This document shows, piece by piece, positions 1 to 10,374 of a stretch of 64,000 bases of DNA. Made by a program: the position numbers and the translations under genes. Source of the DNA: Candidatus Krumholzibacteriia bacterium (GTDB lineage: Bacteria; Krumholzibacteriota; Krumholzibacteriia; JAJRXK01). Location of the stretch: contig JBGPIA010000015.1 in assembly GCA_041484665.1 (NCBI GenBank), forward strand, positions 1 to 64,000, written 5' to 3'. The notes beneath the pieces are model-generated. The model was given only the letters and a program-made list of their open reading frames with translations, made no database searches and was not told where the DNA came from. Numbering within the stretch: position 1 is the stretch's first letter; each line of letters starts with the position of its first letter.

Positions 1-120
1 CAGATCCTGGGCCCTCACCGTTTCCGGCGACCATCCCAGGTCGCTCTATACCACGGGCGCACAAAGAGCAGAAGGTCGAGCAGACGGTCAGAAATACGCG
101 GATCTCAGTGGCCGTCTACA
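1..120 (-). mobile_element. Terminal segment of an IS21-family-like element extending left out of the window
   Basis: Reverse complement begins TGTAGACGGCCACTGA at 120. This is an IS21-type TG..CA terminus, similar to the end at 664 (GTGGCCGTCTACA vs GTGACCGTTGACA), and abuts an istB remnant. Confidence 0.4.
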
Positions 121-178
121 GATCGTGATCACCCGGTGGTGACCGGTCCGGTCGGAGCGAAGCGACGCTGGCTGGTTC

Positions 179-397
179 CTACTCCGGAGAGGTTCCCTCC
201 TTCCTGCGTGACGGCCCTTGTAGCACGAGCCGGTGGCTGTTGTGAAGCAGCCGGTCCAGGATCGCATCGGCCACCGTGGGGTCACCCAGGTGGTCGTGCC
301 ATTTTTCCGTGGGCAGCTGGCTGGTCATGATCGTCGAGCCTGCGCCGTAGCGGTCCTCCAGGATCTCGAGCAGGTCCTGGCGCTCGCCCTCCACCAC
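179..397 (-). pseudogene. istB: IS21-family helper ATPase IstB, C-terminal fragment
   Basis: [23 protein letters not shown]...[32 protein letters not shown] is the typical IstB C-terminus. The N-terminal and Walker A part is missing. Confidence 0.9.
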
Positions 398-664
398 GCG
401 GTCACGCTGACCAGCCGTGGCGAGAGCTTCCGGCCCAAGGAAAAGCTGCGGGCGGGGCCGGTGGAGGAGCCCGAATAGGCCGGAATGCCCCCTACCTGGG
501 ATACGTCCCGAGGGAAGATCTCGGCTCCCGAGGCATCCTGGGAGGTCGGTTTGAACGCCGAGGGGTTTCAGCAGGCCAGAATTAGGCCCGGAGCGACCCG
601 AGGCCCCACGTGAGCCGGGGGAGAATTGGTGACCGCAAAGGGGGAATTTCCGTGACCGTTGACA
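389..664 (+). mobile_element. Right end of a second IS21-family element (IstB last ~29 aa plus terminal repeats)
   Basis: Plus-strand [23 protein letters not shown] (389-478) matches IstB C-termini. It is followed by the repeated end motifs GGGGAGAATTGGTGACCGC / GGGGGAATTTCCGTGACCGTTGACA ending in CA at 664. Confidence 0.7.
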
Positions 665-782
665 GTGCGCGCAAGTGAGCTTCCAGAAGCTGCCTCGGCG
701 CGACCACGACGGCAGCTCCGAGACGGTGAAGCGCTGGATGCGGCCGCTGCGCGAGCAGTAGCCGGCGCTACGTCAAGGCGGT

Positions 783-2810
783 CTACTGGAGAACGAGGCG
801 CGTCCCTGAGCTCACGACGCCGTCGCCACGGATCACGAAGACGTAGACCGTTTGGCCTCGAGAAAAAGCGCCGTGATTGAGCCGGATCGTGATCGACTTG
901 TCGGACCAGCCGGTGGGCTGCTGGATTTCGAGCCGCGTGCAGTCCTGGTAGCGCGGCTGATCTCCGATCTCGACCCGCGCCTGGGTCCCGAATTGCAGGT
1001 AGATATCGTCCATGTAGATGTTGGCCTTTTCTCTATGCGGCGCGTCGTTGTCGGCGCTGTTGGCGAAGTAGTTTTGGTAGAGAATGGTCTTCCATGGACC
1101 GGCTGGAGAAGCGCATAGATCAGAGGTCTGAAATTTCAGGTTCATCCAATCAAATCCTGTCCGGATCCCTGTGTTAGGCTTGATGATGGTCACGCGGAGC
1201 GAGCCGTCGGACTGGTCCATCGTCCCACAGTAGGCGTAGGTCTCGACCCGGCACCAGCCACCTACCGTTGGCGCGTAGGTCGGTAGGTCGCCGGTCCCTC
1301 GGTCTACGTCCATCCACGATCCGCCGCTATACGTTCCCGTCGGCGTGTATCCGACTGCGCTCGAGCTTTGGGAGCACACGTTGTTGTCTCCACACCCAGC
1401 CTTGCAGTGGATCTCCACGTAGCTCCGAGCAACCGTCGCTGCCGGGCTGATGTACATCGGCCAGTACATCTCAGCATCTTGCGTGTTGACCGGCCAGATT
1501 TCCTGGTTCGGATTGTTCGATGCAAGGCCCCGGTAGTTGGGGCTGATCCGGAAGAACTTCCACTGGGTATTGTGCGTGGGATACAGCGTCATTGGCTCGA
1601 AGTAGACCCACCAGGTCGCGTAGATCTTGGTGAACGTCCCGCCGTTTGGGTAGATGTACTGGAGAGTGCTCTCATAGTAATCCGGGCCTACCAAGTTGCT
1701 CACGATGGACTTGGTCCCCGACCAAGCCTTCGTGGTGCTGATCTTGTCCACGTTCGTATAGCCGGGCAGAGCGTGTGCCCAGTTCGCGCGGGTGTCGGGG
1801 TTGGTGCCGGGGGCCTGCGCCTCGATCCAGTCCCCCGTCCACTCGATGTCCAAGGTGTGCGTGCCGAGGGAGTCGCCCAGGAGTTGGACCAGCCCTCCGT
1901 TGGTGGGAACTCCGGAGAGGGAAGCGATTCTCGGAGCGGTGGGGTTGGCGTACACGCCGCGGAACGTGATCGTTGAGTCGCTCTTGAGAGTCCTCGTCTC
2001 CTGTGAGGGAACTGGCGAGCCCCAACCGGTCACGTCGTGCCAGGTCACGGTGTAGGAGCCAACGTCGCGTCGGGAGAGCGTGGCGCTACGCGTGCCACTG
2101 ATGCCGTAGCCATTGGGGCCGACGAGGCTCCAGGGCGTGTCGAGCCCATCGCGCTCCGGCTGGATGACCACCGTTCCGGTGTGAGGCGGGGGGACGTAGG
2201 TACCGCTGAAGGTGAGCATCCCGCCTTCCTGGAGAGCCGCGGTCTGCTGGGACGGGGCGGGCGAGGTCCATCCTGTCATGCCGTTCCAGGTCACGGTATA
2301 GGAGCCGATCTCGCGTTCAAGGAGCGCCGCGAAGCCTGCACCGGTCGTGGAGAAGTTGTTGGGGCCGAGAAGGGTCCAAGGCGCTTGAGCGATCGAGGGC
2401 TTCGGGTCGACGACCACCGTTCCGGTCGGGGAAGTGGGAGCGGGGGCGATGATGTAGGTGCCGTCGAAGGTGAGCACCCCCCCGGGGCTGAGGGACTGCG
2501 AAACCGGATTGGGTTGAGGCGATGTCCACCCTGCCAGGGGATTCCAAGTGAGCGTGTAGCTGCCGGCCGCCGCATCAACGAGCGTGGAGTCGCTGCGTCC
2601 CGGGAGGCGAAGCCCTTCCGGCGTTTCGAGGAGCCACGCCGGGGAGAGCCGAGCGGGAGTGACCTGAATCTCAACTTGGCCACCCTGCTCGAGCGCGGGC
2701 TCGGCGGCACGTTCTTCCTTCCCGCAGGCGGAGGAGAGCAACCCGAACAGCGGGAGCAGCAGGAGCATCAGCCCCGCCGTATTCGATGTAGCACGGCCCG
2801 AGGGGGTCAC
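783..2810 (-). CDS. Secreted lipoprotein: three tandem Ig-like repeats plus a C-terminal beta-sandwich (polysaccharide-lyase/LamG-like) domain
   Basis: GTG at 2810 with a GGGAG RBS. Lipobox LSSAC follows a hydrophobic stretch. Three ~85-aa repeats (W.L.GP.G..SG..GSYTVTW..GW.SP.P..LTF.G.Y). C-terminal WWVYF..WKFFRI..WCRVETY..IYMDDIY pattern. Confidence 0.75.
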   Translation of the reverse strand: MTPSGRATSNTAGLMLLLLPLFGLLSSACGKEERAAEPALEQGGQVEIQVTPARLSPAWLLETPEGLRLPGRSDSTLVDAAAGSYTLTWNPLAGWTSPQPNPVSQSLSPGGVLTFDGTYIIAPAPTSPTGTVVVDPKPSIAQAPWTLLGPNNFSTTGAGFAALLEREIGSYTVTWNGMTGWTSPAPSQQTAALQEGGMLTFSGTYVPPPHTGTVVIQPERDGLDTPWSLVGPNGYGISGTRSATLSRRDVGSYTVTWHDVTGWGSPVPSQETRTLKSDSTITFRGVYANPTAPRIASLSGVPTNGGLVQLLGDSLGTHTLDIEWTGDWIEAQAPGTNPDTRANWAHALPGYTNVDKISTTKAWSGTKSIVSNLVGPDYYESTLQYIYPNGGTFTKIYATWWVYFEPMTLYPTHNTQWKFFRISPNYRGLASNNPNQEIWPVNTQDAEMYWPMYISPAATVARSYVEIHCKAGCGDNNVCSQSSSAVGYTPTGTYSGGSWMDVDRGTGDLPTYAPTVGGWCRVETYAYCGTMDQSDGSLRVTIIKPNTGIRTGFDWMNLKFQTSDLCASPAGPWKTILYQNYFANSADNDAPHREKANIYMDDIYLQFGTQARVEIGDQPRYQDCTRLEIQQPTGWSDKSITIRLNHGAFSRGQTVYVFVIRGDGVVSSGTRLVLQ
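1951..2681 (-). repeat. Three tandem intragenic ~85-aa Ig-like domain repeats
   Basis: GSYT(L/V)TW...GW(T/G)SP.P recurs three times at regular spacing in the translation. Confidence 0.85.
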
Positions 2811-2868
2811 CGATATGGCTCCCGTAGCGTGGGGTCGGGTTCTTCCAGGCGGGGGGGCGAGTGGTCGT

Positions 2869-2897
2869 AAAATGTGGAACATGGTGCGTCTTGTCAA
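2869..2897 (-). promoter_or_regulatory. Putative sigma70 promoter of the lipoprotein gene
   Basis: Minus strand TTGACA (2897-2892), 17 nt, CATTTT (2874-2869). It lies upstream of the GTG start at 2810. Confidence 0.45.
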
Positions 2898-3597
2898 GAG
2901 CATCGGCTGTGCCGGGGAGCGCTCGCACTTGCGTGAGACCCCGCCCGGCCGGCCCCATAGCCCCGCAGCGGGGTCTGCAGGATTCTGGCGCGTCTGGAAC
3001 CACCCGAATGCACCCCAACGTGGGGCGCCCCAACGGAGAATAAGGACCCTTGTTGGCCCGCGACGAAGGGCGGCAGGATTGTCCGCGTCCCGAGAGCGCA
3101 CCGTGGAGGCGGCAAAGCAGTCCTGCAGCACGGGGGGCCCGCGGTCTTCCTGCGCCGCAGGGTGCCCCGGCGCGGCACGCAGCGCCACAGCCGTATCCGG
3201 GACGCGCGACGTTCGACGCGCCGCGATCACCGGGAGCTCCTCGGCCCGCGCGTCCGCCCGGCTTGCGCTTCGCACTCTCCGGCGTGCGAAGCCTGCCGAA
3301 TCACACGGACGCTAGCATCGTGGAGCGAGGAGATCGAAGGCTGACCCATCCCGAAGAAGGCCAACCTGGCCGTCCCGCCGGGCGATCCGGCTTTGGACGA
3401 AATGCTCGGAAACGATGGGCAACTTGCGGCGTGCGGCTGCGCGCAGCCGGGAAGGCCCTTGCCCGCGTCCCAGCACAGTCGATATCATCAAGCGATGCGC
3501 TGCTCGAGGAGCCATCTGCCAGGGAGCGATCACTGATGTCGGGACACTCTCCCTTCCATGCGCGCAGGCGGCCGCAGCCCCGTGGAGTGGCAGACCC

Positions 3598-4611
3598 GTG
3601 ACGGATTCCGCAGCGGATGGTCTCCCAGCTCCCGGCGGGACGGCCACCGGCCAGGTCCTCTGGCTCGACTGGGACCGGCACCTCAGGACCCGCTCTCTCT
3701 CGCGTAGGCTCGATGCCGAACTCGTCGAGATCTGTTTCGGCGGTGGGCGTCTCCGGCGCTATGCGCGCAGTATGGCTGCGACAGTCCGAGCAATTCGAGA
3801 GCGACGCCCCAGGATCATCATTGCCACGAACCCGTCGATCGTCCTCGGGTACTTCTTGCTGCTACTCCGGACAGTCCACCGTTTCAAACTGATCTCGGAT
3901 GCGCACTACCTCGGCGTCCACGCCCTCCGGGCCCACCGGACGCTCCAGCCATTCTTGGACTACCACAATCGCAACGTCGATCTGGTCATCGTCACGAACG
4001 AGAACCATGCACGGCAGATGGACCATCTTGGGGCCCATGCGTACGTGTGCCCCGACCCCGTCCCCGACCTCGTTGCCCCGTCCGGGTCGCTGCTTCCCGT
4101 GCCAGAGCAGTCCGTGCTCCTCATCTGCTCCTTCGATGTGGACGAGCCGTTTCTCGCCGCCTTCGAGGCGTTCAGGGAGCTGCACCAGCATGGTTACTCA
4201 TTGTATGTTTCAGGCAATGTTCGACGAGGACACATCGACGTCGCGACCTTTCCGTGGGTTACTTTCCTGGGATACGTCGACGAGGACGTTTACTACCACT
4301 ACCTCAGATCATGTTCAGTCGTGATGGACCTGACGGCCTGTGAGGACTGTCTCGTCTGCGGCGCCTACGAGGCCATGGCCCTCGAGAGGCCCCTGATCCT
4401 GTCGGAGACCAAGGCACTTCGCGAGTACTTCGGCCAGGCGTGCATCATGACCGCCAACACGCCGAGCGCGATCGCCGACAGCGTACGCGCGGCATACGCG
4501 CAGCGAAGCGAACTCGCGACCAAGGCAGCAGAGTGGGGTCGGCAGAATCATGGCTACATGAGAGATAGGATCGACGGCCTACGCGCGAGGCTCCGCGCCC
4601 TCGCCCAGTAG
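3598..4611 (+). CDS. Glycosyltransferase, GT-B fold (GT4-like)
   Basis: C-terminal FLGYV..CGAYEAMALERPLILS matches the GT4 EAMA motif. The start is approximate (GTG 3598). Confidence 0.8.
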   Translation: MTDSAADGLPAPGGTATGQVLWLDWDRHLRTRSLSRRLDAELVEICFGGGRLRRYARSMAATVRAIRERRPRIIIATNPSIVLGYFLLLLRTVHRFKLISDAHYLGVHALRAHRTLQPFLDYHNRNVDLVIVTNENHARQMDHLGAHAYVCPDPVPDLVAPSGSLLPVPEQSVLLICSFDVDEPFLAAFEAFRELHQHGYSLYVSGNVRRGHIDVATFPWVTFLGYVDEDVYYHYLRSCSVVMDLTACEDCLVCGAYEAMALERPLILSETKALREYFGQACIMTANTPSAIADSVRAAYAQRSELATKAAEWGRQNHGYMRDRIDGLRARLRALAQ

Positions 4612-4689
4612 TGCCTCGCGCCACACATTCTTACTTAGGGCTAGCCCCGCCCGCTCGCGGGCACCAGGCTCTCAAAGCGGTCCTCGTAC

Positions 4690-5085
4690 TGGCTCCGACG
4701 AGATCGACACGCACACCCTCCAGCGTGAGGAGGCTCTCCGCAGCCGCGCCCCCAGCCCCTCGAGCAGGAGGTCCGGGCACTGCCGACCGCCGACTACCTC
4801 GTGCGCCTGAACATGCACCAGGCGGCCCGCGTCGCCGGCGTCACCCCGTCGCGGATCAGCTACGGCCACGCGTTACTGTTGCGTAACTTCTGGCTCGAAT
4901 CCTGGTTCGCGAGTCCTTGCGACCTACCTAGCAGGCCCGCAACGCTCAGCGACTACCTGACGATGCTCGTGCTGCCACCACGCCCAGCGCGACGCTATCC
5001 TCGAGCTGTCAGAATCAAGACGAGCAACTCCCCCGGAAACGATGACGAGGACCATGACCTCGTGCAAATCCACCCGCATTGGATC
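4690..5085 (+). pseudogene. IS4-family transposase, frameshifted C-terminal remnant
   Basis: Across frames: EIDTHTLQREEALRSRAP / LEQEVRAL..YLVRLNMHQAA..P.RISY / LVLPPRPARRYPRAVRIK, which is a typical IS4 C-terminus. Ends near ..GCATTG. Confidence 0.7.
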
Positions 5086-6161
5086 TAGCCAGCGTCCCAT
5101 CCCTCTCCCTTCAACTTCCTATGCGCCGCGCGCATCCAGTCGACCGAGGCCTGTTTGAGCCCGCTCACGACCCGCACGCCGTCCAGTCCATAGTGGGGCC
5201 GGCCGCCGAAGCTCTGCTTGTTGTGGCTGATATCGCGTTCGTACGCATCGTGGAACTCCATCGAGCCAAGTTCAAAATAGTGCCTGCCACTCTGACGCAT
5301 CCATTCCATGATGCTGTACATAAGCAGGTTGGACGCCCCAATCACCGGTCGCGGGATGCGATTGAAGCCAATCCAGGCGTAGCAGGAATGCCGCGTGCCA
5401 GCGACAATCATCGCGCAAATCGCTCGACCCTCGTGACGGATATAGAATGCGTGGGCCAGCCCACGCTCGATGAAACGGTCCCAGAGGATGGCCATTGACT
5501 CCTCCGAGTAGGGCGGGAACTCCTTGGTCTTCGAGAACTCCAAGTTGAGTTCATGGAAGCTGAGCCACGTTTCGCGATCGCTGACGAGCTGGAACTCGAC
5601 CGCGTCCTTCTTGGCTCGGCGAACCGCCTTACGGCATTCCTTCGTCAGGCGATTGAACAGGTCTCCGGGGACGGTCAGGTCCATCAGCAGGGTCAGGCCG
5701 GCCTGTTCGACGAACCCATTGCCGCGCAGTGGGTAATATTCGTAGAAGTCGCGGCTGAGCTGGTCGCCGATCACGTGCGGGAAAGCGACGCGGATGGCGT
5801 CGATCCGCTCACGGCGGGCCAGCCCGTCAAGCCAGAGCGTCCAAGCCGCCATGAACTGCTGGCGGAGCTTCGGCGGCATGTCAGCCCGCAGGAGTGGGCC
5901 CCCGCGCAATGTGGAGCCGCTGGTCAGAATGCGAAAGTGGAAAAAGCGCGCCTGGCGCTGGGTGAGCAGGAACATCGGCGCTACGGCGACCAACTGGCCA
6001 CCCTCGCTGTAGGCAAGGTGAGAGAAGGACGCGTGCCCCCGGCTGCGTTCGAAATCGATGATGGCCGCGTCTTGACCAGGCCAAGCATGAGGGTTAGCGG
6101 TGACAAAAGTGTCCCAGGCCTCCCTGTAGTTATCCTCAAAGTGAACGAATCTGAAGTCCAT
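5085..6161 (-). CDS. FemAB/BioF2-like GNAT-fold acyl/aminoacyltransferase
   Basis: ATG 6161 with GGAGG RBS. W..FV..P.A, 'CRKAVRRAKK' and 'ASNLLMYSIMEW...YFELG...NKQSFGG' are FemAB/Acetyltransf_6 features. Confidence 0.8.
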   Translation of the reverse strand: MDFRFVHFEDNYREAWDTFVTANPHAWPGQDAAIIDFERSRGHASFSHLAYSEGGQLVAVAPMFLLTQRQARFFHFRILTSGSTLRGGPLLRADMPPKLRQQFMAAWTLWLDGLARRERIDAIRVAFPHVIGDQLSRDFYEYYPLRGNGFVEQAGLTLLMDLTVPGDLFNRLTKECRKAVRRAKKDAVEFQLVSDRETWLSFHELNLEFSKTKEFPPYSEESMAILWDRFIERGLAHAFYIRHEGRAICAMIVAGTRHSCYAWIGFNRIPRPVIGASNLLMYSIMEWMRQSGRHYFELGSMEFHDAYERDISHNKQSFGGRPHYGLDGVRVVSGLKQASVDWMRAAHRKLKGEGWDAG

Positions 6162-6379
6162 TAACAATGCCTCCGTACCGTGACGATGTGCGCTCGCCCC
6201 TCGATGCCATTATCCCTCATCAGGGAGGTCATTGCTGTCAGTGTTGTCTTAACGGGTCCGACCCACATCGTCAAGGGATGACTCCTCAGGCTTGTCGGCG
6301 ACCTCGTTGCCATCCAAACGAGGCCGAGACTCCGGGTAGAGCTATGCTCGAAAGGTGCGGATCCAGCATTGAAGGAGGG

Positions 6380-6690
6380 CGGCGCACCCTCCCCGTGGAA
6401 ACCGATCACTTCTACGGGAGGATCAGAATACGCCCTGGAGAAGATTAGCCGGATCACGGTCCGCAGACCAGAGGAAAGCCCGCGGGACGTGCGCACCGAC
6501 TTGCTACGGCAGGGAGCGCGTAAGCTGCTTGCGGAGGCCCATCGAGGGCGAGCTCGAGGACTTCGTGGCTCAGCCCCGCGATCTCCAGGACGGTCATGGC
6601 CGCCAGCGCGTGGTGCGCAACTGTCATCTGCCCACGCGCAAAGTGTCGACGGGCATCGGGGCGGCGTTGGTGCGGCGGCGCGCTGCGGCG
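6380..6690 (+). pseudogene. IS256-family (Mutator) transposase N-terminal remnant
   Basis: DVRTDLLRQGARKLLAEA | IEGELEDFVAQ..GRQRVVRNCHLPTRKVSTGIG with a frameshift near 6540. Matches the IS256 'RVVRNGYLP.R...TGIG' motif. Confidence 0.8.
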
Positions 6691-6841
6691 AACGCCCGCA
6701 TGCGCTCGCCCAGTTCAGTGGGATGCCGAAAGCCGGTCGGCGCGCTGGTGCTCCGATGCAGTCGGACAGCGGCCAACGGCGTGCCAGCTCGATCTTTCGT
6801 CATAAACCTCCCTGCAAGGGCCACGATGCTGGAGATCGCGG

Positions 6842-7996
6842 TCAGACACTCGACGGGCCGGGGCGAGTACTTACGCTCTTGGATACCAGGCTCTCATAGA
6901 TGTCCTCGTACTGGTGGGCGATCTGGCGCACGTCGCACAATCTCCCGATCTTCTCGGCGTTGCGCGCCGCGGGGAAATCACGCCAGGTGGTGAGGATCTC
7001 CAGAATCCTGCCAGCCATCGTGTGGCTATCGCCGACGGAGACCAGGAATCCGTTAATCCCCTCCTCGACCAACTCCGAAACTCCTCCCACGTCGGTGCTG
7101 ACCACTGGGAGCCCGGCCGCCATGTACTCCGCCACCGAATTCGGCATGCTCTCCGACCGCGAGCACAGCACTCCGACATCCATGGTAGACAGCAGTTCCG
7201 GGACGTCGCGTCGGCGGCCGAGGAAAAGGACGCGCTCGGCGACGCCCAAGCTCTGGGCGAGCGCCTTCAGTCTCCCTTCCTCCCCGTCCTCGTCCCCTTC
7301 TCCGATCACCAGGAACCGCACTCCAGGGACAACCTTCACGACCTCCGCAGCGGCATGGAGAAGAGTGCCGATGGACTTCACCGGTCGCAGATTCGCGCAG
7401 ATACCCACGATCTGAGCGCTGGGTGGGATGTTAAGCCGCGCACGGACCCCCTCGGACACGCCCGGATCGACGTTCGAGTACTCATCGACCTCGATAGCGT
7501 TGTAGACGACCCGAATCTTTTCCTCCGGAACCCCCTCCCGCTCCATCACCCATCCCTTTGTGCTCGTGGAGTTGACAACCACCAGGCGCGCAAATCGGTT
7601 CATCACCCTCTGGGTGACAATCTCGGCTCGGGTTTGCCACTCTTGATTACGGCGTGTCGTAATTATGTCCCGGATTCCAGCGGACTTGCCCAGTGCTACC
7701 CCGACCACATTCGACTCCGCAAACTGTGTCTGAAGGATCTGAATCCCGTTGTTGATCCATAACCGTCTCAGTTTGCGCAGCTTCAACACCGTCGATGGGC
7801 TTCGCAGGGAATCCACATGCAGCTGTTCGAGACTGCAGGGCTCTGCCCATTCGCCAGCCAGGTCTGAACTCTTCAACACGTAGAGGAATACGCGAAATCG
7901 CTCGTGCGAGATATTCCGGATCAGGGTAAGCAGCTGCTTTTCCGTGCCACCAGGGGAATGTCCGATGATGTCGATGAGGAAGCCGACGTGGATCAT
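6842..7996 (-). CDS. Glycosyltransferase family 4
   Basis: GGTEKQL N-terminal motif, NLRPVK, and ESMPNSVAEYMAAGLPVVSTDVGG. ATGA overlap with the upstream gene. Confidence 0.92.
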   Translation of the reverse strand: MIHVGFLIDIIGHSPGGTEKQLLTLIRNISHERFRVFLYVLKSSDLAGEWAEPCSLEQLHVDSLRSPSTVLKLRKLRRLWINNGIQILQTQFAESNVVGVALGKSAGIRDIITTRRNQEWQTRAEIVTQRVMNRFARLVVVNSTSTKGWVMEREGVPEEKIRVVYNAIEVDEYSNVDPGVSEGVRARLNIPPSAQIVGICANLRPVKSIGTLLHAAAEVVKVVPGVRFLVIGEGDEDGEEGRLKALAQSLGVAERVLFLGRRRDVPELLSTMDVGVLCSRSESMPNSVAEYMAAGLPVVSTDVGGVSELVEEGINGFLVSVGDSHTMAGRILEILTTWRDFPAARNAEKIGRLCDVRQIAHQYEDIYESLVSKSVSTRPGPSSV

Positions 7997-9201
7997 TGGG
8001 CGGCGCGACATGCGACGGCAGCCCTCCTCGCCGCCTCGGCGATGAACTCGAGGTCCTGGCGCTGTAGCTGTTGATGCACAGGAAGACAAAGAACATTCTT
8101 CGCCAGGTACTCCGCTTCGGGAAACTCAGAGATTGCCAAGCGAGGATGAGGCTGGCGCCCGAAGATATAAGCCTCGACACCAGCAGCCCTCCCGTGGAAG
8201 TCGACCTCGGGGCGGCGATCCACGTAAACGGGAAGACCGAGTGGACAAACCCCGTCGGGCAGATCTCGGAACACGGGAGTCAGCTCAGCGATGGACGCCA
8301 GAGATTGAAGCAGACTCAGGTAGTTCTGGCGGCGCCGATTCCGGATCTGAAACCAGGGCTCCTTTTCAAGGAGAAAGGAGGAGAGAAATGACATGCCTTT
8401 ATCGTAGCCGAATCTTGGGGCGTCGTAGGACGCAGGAGTTCCTCCTTCGCCCCGCACGGGGGTTTCGGCGCGGCTTCCGGTCGGGTGATGACGGCGCGTC
8501 ATACCTAGCTTAGGCCGGATCGCACGGAGCGCCCGGGCAAGGCCGCCGCCTGCCGCGAGTTCGTAGTCCAACGCCGACCTAAGCACCGCTTTGACGATGT
8601 CCAGGTCGAAATGCCGTTGTCCCTCGGCAGGAGGCTCGGGGCTGGATCGATTGAGTAACAACCCGCCCCCATTTGGAAGAAAGACTGTCTTCTGGAAGCT
8701 GAAGGCACCGACATCTCCGAGGGTTCCCACCCAACGCCCATCGGAGAATTGCGAGTAGAGTCCGTGGGCACAGTCCTCGATCAGGTAGATCCCCTTCTCG
8801 CGGCAGGAGTGGAGAAGAGTCTCAATGTGTTGGGGAAAACCGAAGTAGTGTATCACCATGACGGCCTTCGTCGAAGGAGTCATGCGTCGCATGAGGTCCT
8901 CCGCGTCGATCGACATGTCCCTGCGGACTCGGTAGAATGCCACTTGTGCCCCGCCCCTCAGCACGGCCTCAACTTCAACCCCGCAATGATAGGAGGGGAG
9001 CAAGAGCACACTGCCGGGGGGCAGCTTCATCCATCGAACAGCGTGGAAGATGGCTGCCCTTGCCGAGGAGTAGTGGAACATGCCTGGAAGAGATAGTAAG
9101 GGGTCGTCCGTACGCTTCCGCGAGAATGCATATCGGACGGAGAGATCAGGAAACGTCTTGATGTGCCGCGAGGGAGTAGGGGCGGTCAGTTCGGGCGTCA
9201 T
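7993..9201 (-). CDS. DegT/DnrJ/EryC1/StrS-family PLP-dependent aminotransferase-like protein
   Basis: SSARAA, IHYFG, LIEDCAHG, FSFQKT (PLP lysine), GGGL and C-terminal LCLPVHQ. Confidence 0.88.
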   Translation of the reverse strand: MTPELTAPTPSRHIKTFPDLSVRYAFSRKRTDDPLLSLPGMFHYSSARAAIFHAVRWMKLPPGSVLLLPSYHCGVEVEAVLRGGAQVAFYRVRRDMSIDAEDLMRRMTPSTKAVMVIHYFGFPQHIETLLHSCREKGIYLIEDCAHGLYSQFSDGRWVGTLGDVGAFSFQKTVFLPNGGGLLLNRSSPEPPAEGQRHFDLDIVKAVLRSALDYELAAGGGLARALRAIRPKLGMTRRHHPTGSRAETPVRGEGGTPASYDAPRFGYDKGMSFLSSFLLEKEPWFQIRNRRRQNYLSLLQSLASIAELTPVFRDLPDGVCPLGLPVYVDRRPEVDFHGRAAGVEAYIFGRQPHPRLAISEFPEAEYLAKNVLCLPVHQQLQRQDLEFIAEAARRAAVACRAAQ

Positions 9202-9699
9202 GGATCGACGAGTGTCCTGGGGGCAGCGGGACGACGCACGACAGACCGTTTCGTCAGCGGGCAGCCGTGCTGACGGCTCAAGTGCGGGCAGCTCGACACC
9301 TCACGTGCCTCGGGCATTCTATCATGTTCTCGAGGGAGGGCAAACCCTCGTGGACCCACCGATACCAGATGTAGCAGCCCGAGTCCATGCCTCGCGATAT
9401 AGCGACGCCGATCTCGCCCGGTTCTTTCGGCCGAAGCGCGCTCTTGTCTCCCCGCGGGGGTGGGGCGCAAACCTGTCGGCTCTGCCGACTGATGCCCGTG
9501 AGGGGCTGCCGGCGTGGGGAGCACAGCCTGCGGGACCAATCGGATCCGGTTTCTCGTCGAGCGACGAGCCGATCCTACCCTCGATGGACCTGGATCCGGC
9601 CGACCGAGGGCTCGTGCGGCTGATGCCCTAGTTCGGATGAGTCGACGAGCTGACGCCTCTGTTTCGCGCAGGCAGTGGCGTACCCGGCGCGGGGGCGCT

Positions 9700-10190
9700 C
9701 CGGCCGCTCCCGCCGCTGACGGCCAGCGGCATCGTGGAGTGCGCCCACGGGGTCTGCTGCAGCACCGGCCCGGCGTTCCATCTCCCCTCTGCCCCGGCAG
9801 CGCCGACAGGCCACCCGCCTTGGAGCGTAGCGGAGGCAGCTCATCCACCGTCCCAACCCCAGGTGCCGCCAGTGCCGCGGCGCCTGGCGGTCGTAACCGG
9901 AGGCAGGGCGGCCGCGGCTGCCGCAGCGCGCCTTGCGGCCTCGCGGCCGCACGTCGCCGACGAACCAAGCGCCCACGAAGTAGACGCCGATGATCACCAG
10001 ACCGGTGACACCGAGGAGCTCTCGCACTACAAGAGCGGCGCTCGGGAACCTCCGGATCGGCTACAGGCTTCGACACCCACAGCAGAGCACGGGTCCCGTG
10101 CGCTGCTCACCCCCCAACGACCCCCACCTCCAGCGTCAAGTCAGCCGCCAACTGCCTGCTGGGCACCCACGACATTCCCAAGGAGAGCGC
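9700..10190 (-). pseudogene. ISL3-family transposase N-terminal remnant with left end
   Basis: RELLGV..DVRP..RCG..GYDRQAPRHWRHLGLG..LRYAPRRVACRRC is the ISL3 zinc-finger region. Upstream GCTCTCCTTGGGAATGTCGTGGG resembles an ISL3 terminal IR. Degenerates after ~90 aa. Confidence 0.75.
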
Positions 10191-10374
10191 ATAAATTGCC
10201 CTACCGGCTCCACTTGAATCGGCAGTGCGCGCGCGTTAGGCTAGAGCGAACGCAATTCGAAAGACTCTCCGAGCACCGATAAACGAGACAATCGACGCCT
10301 GCCCGAGCGCCCGGTTCGATTTGCCGCCCAGCGCCTGGCAGGCAACCCAACTCCCACTCCAGAGCGGGTAGTGG

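Noticed and set aside
9198..10076. 292-aa Arg/Pro-rich ORF upstream of the DegT-like gene
   Set aside because: Off-frame reading of the ISL3 remnant and intergenic DNA.
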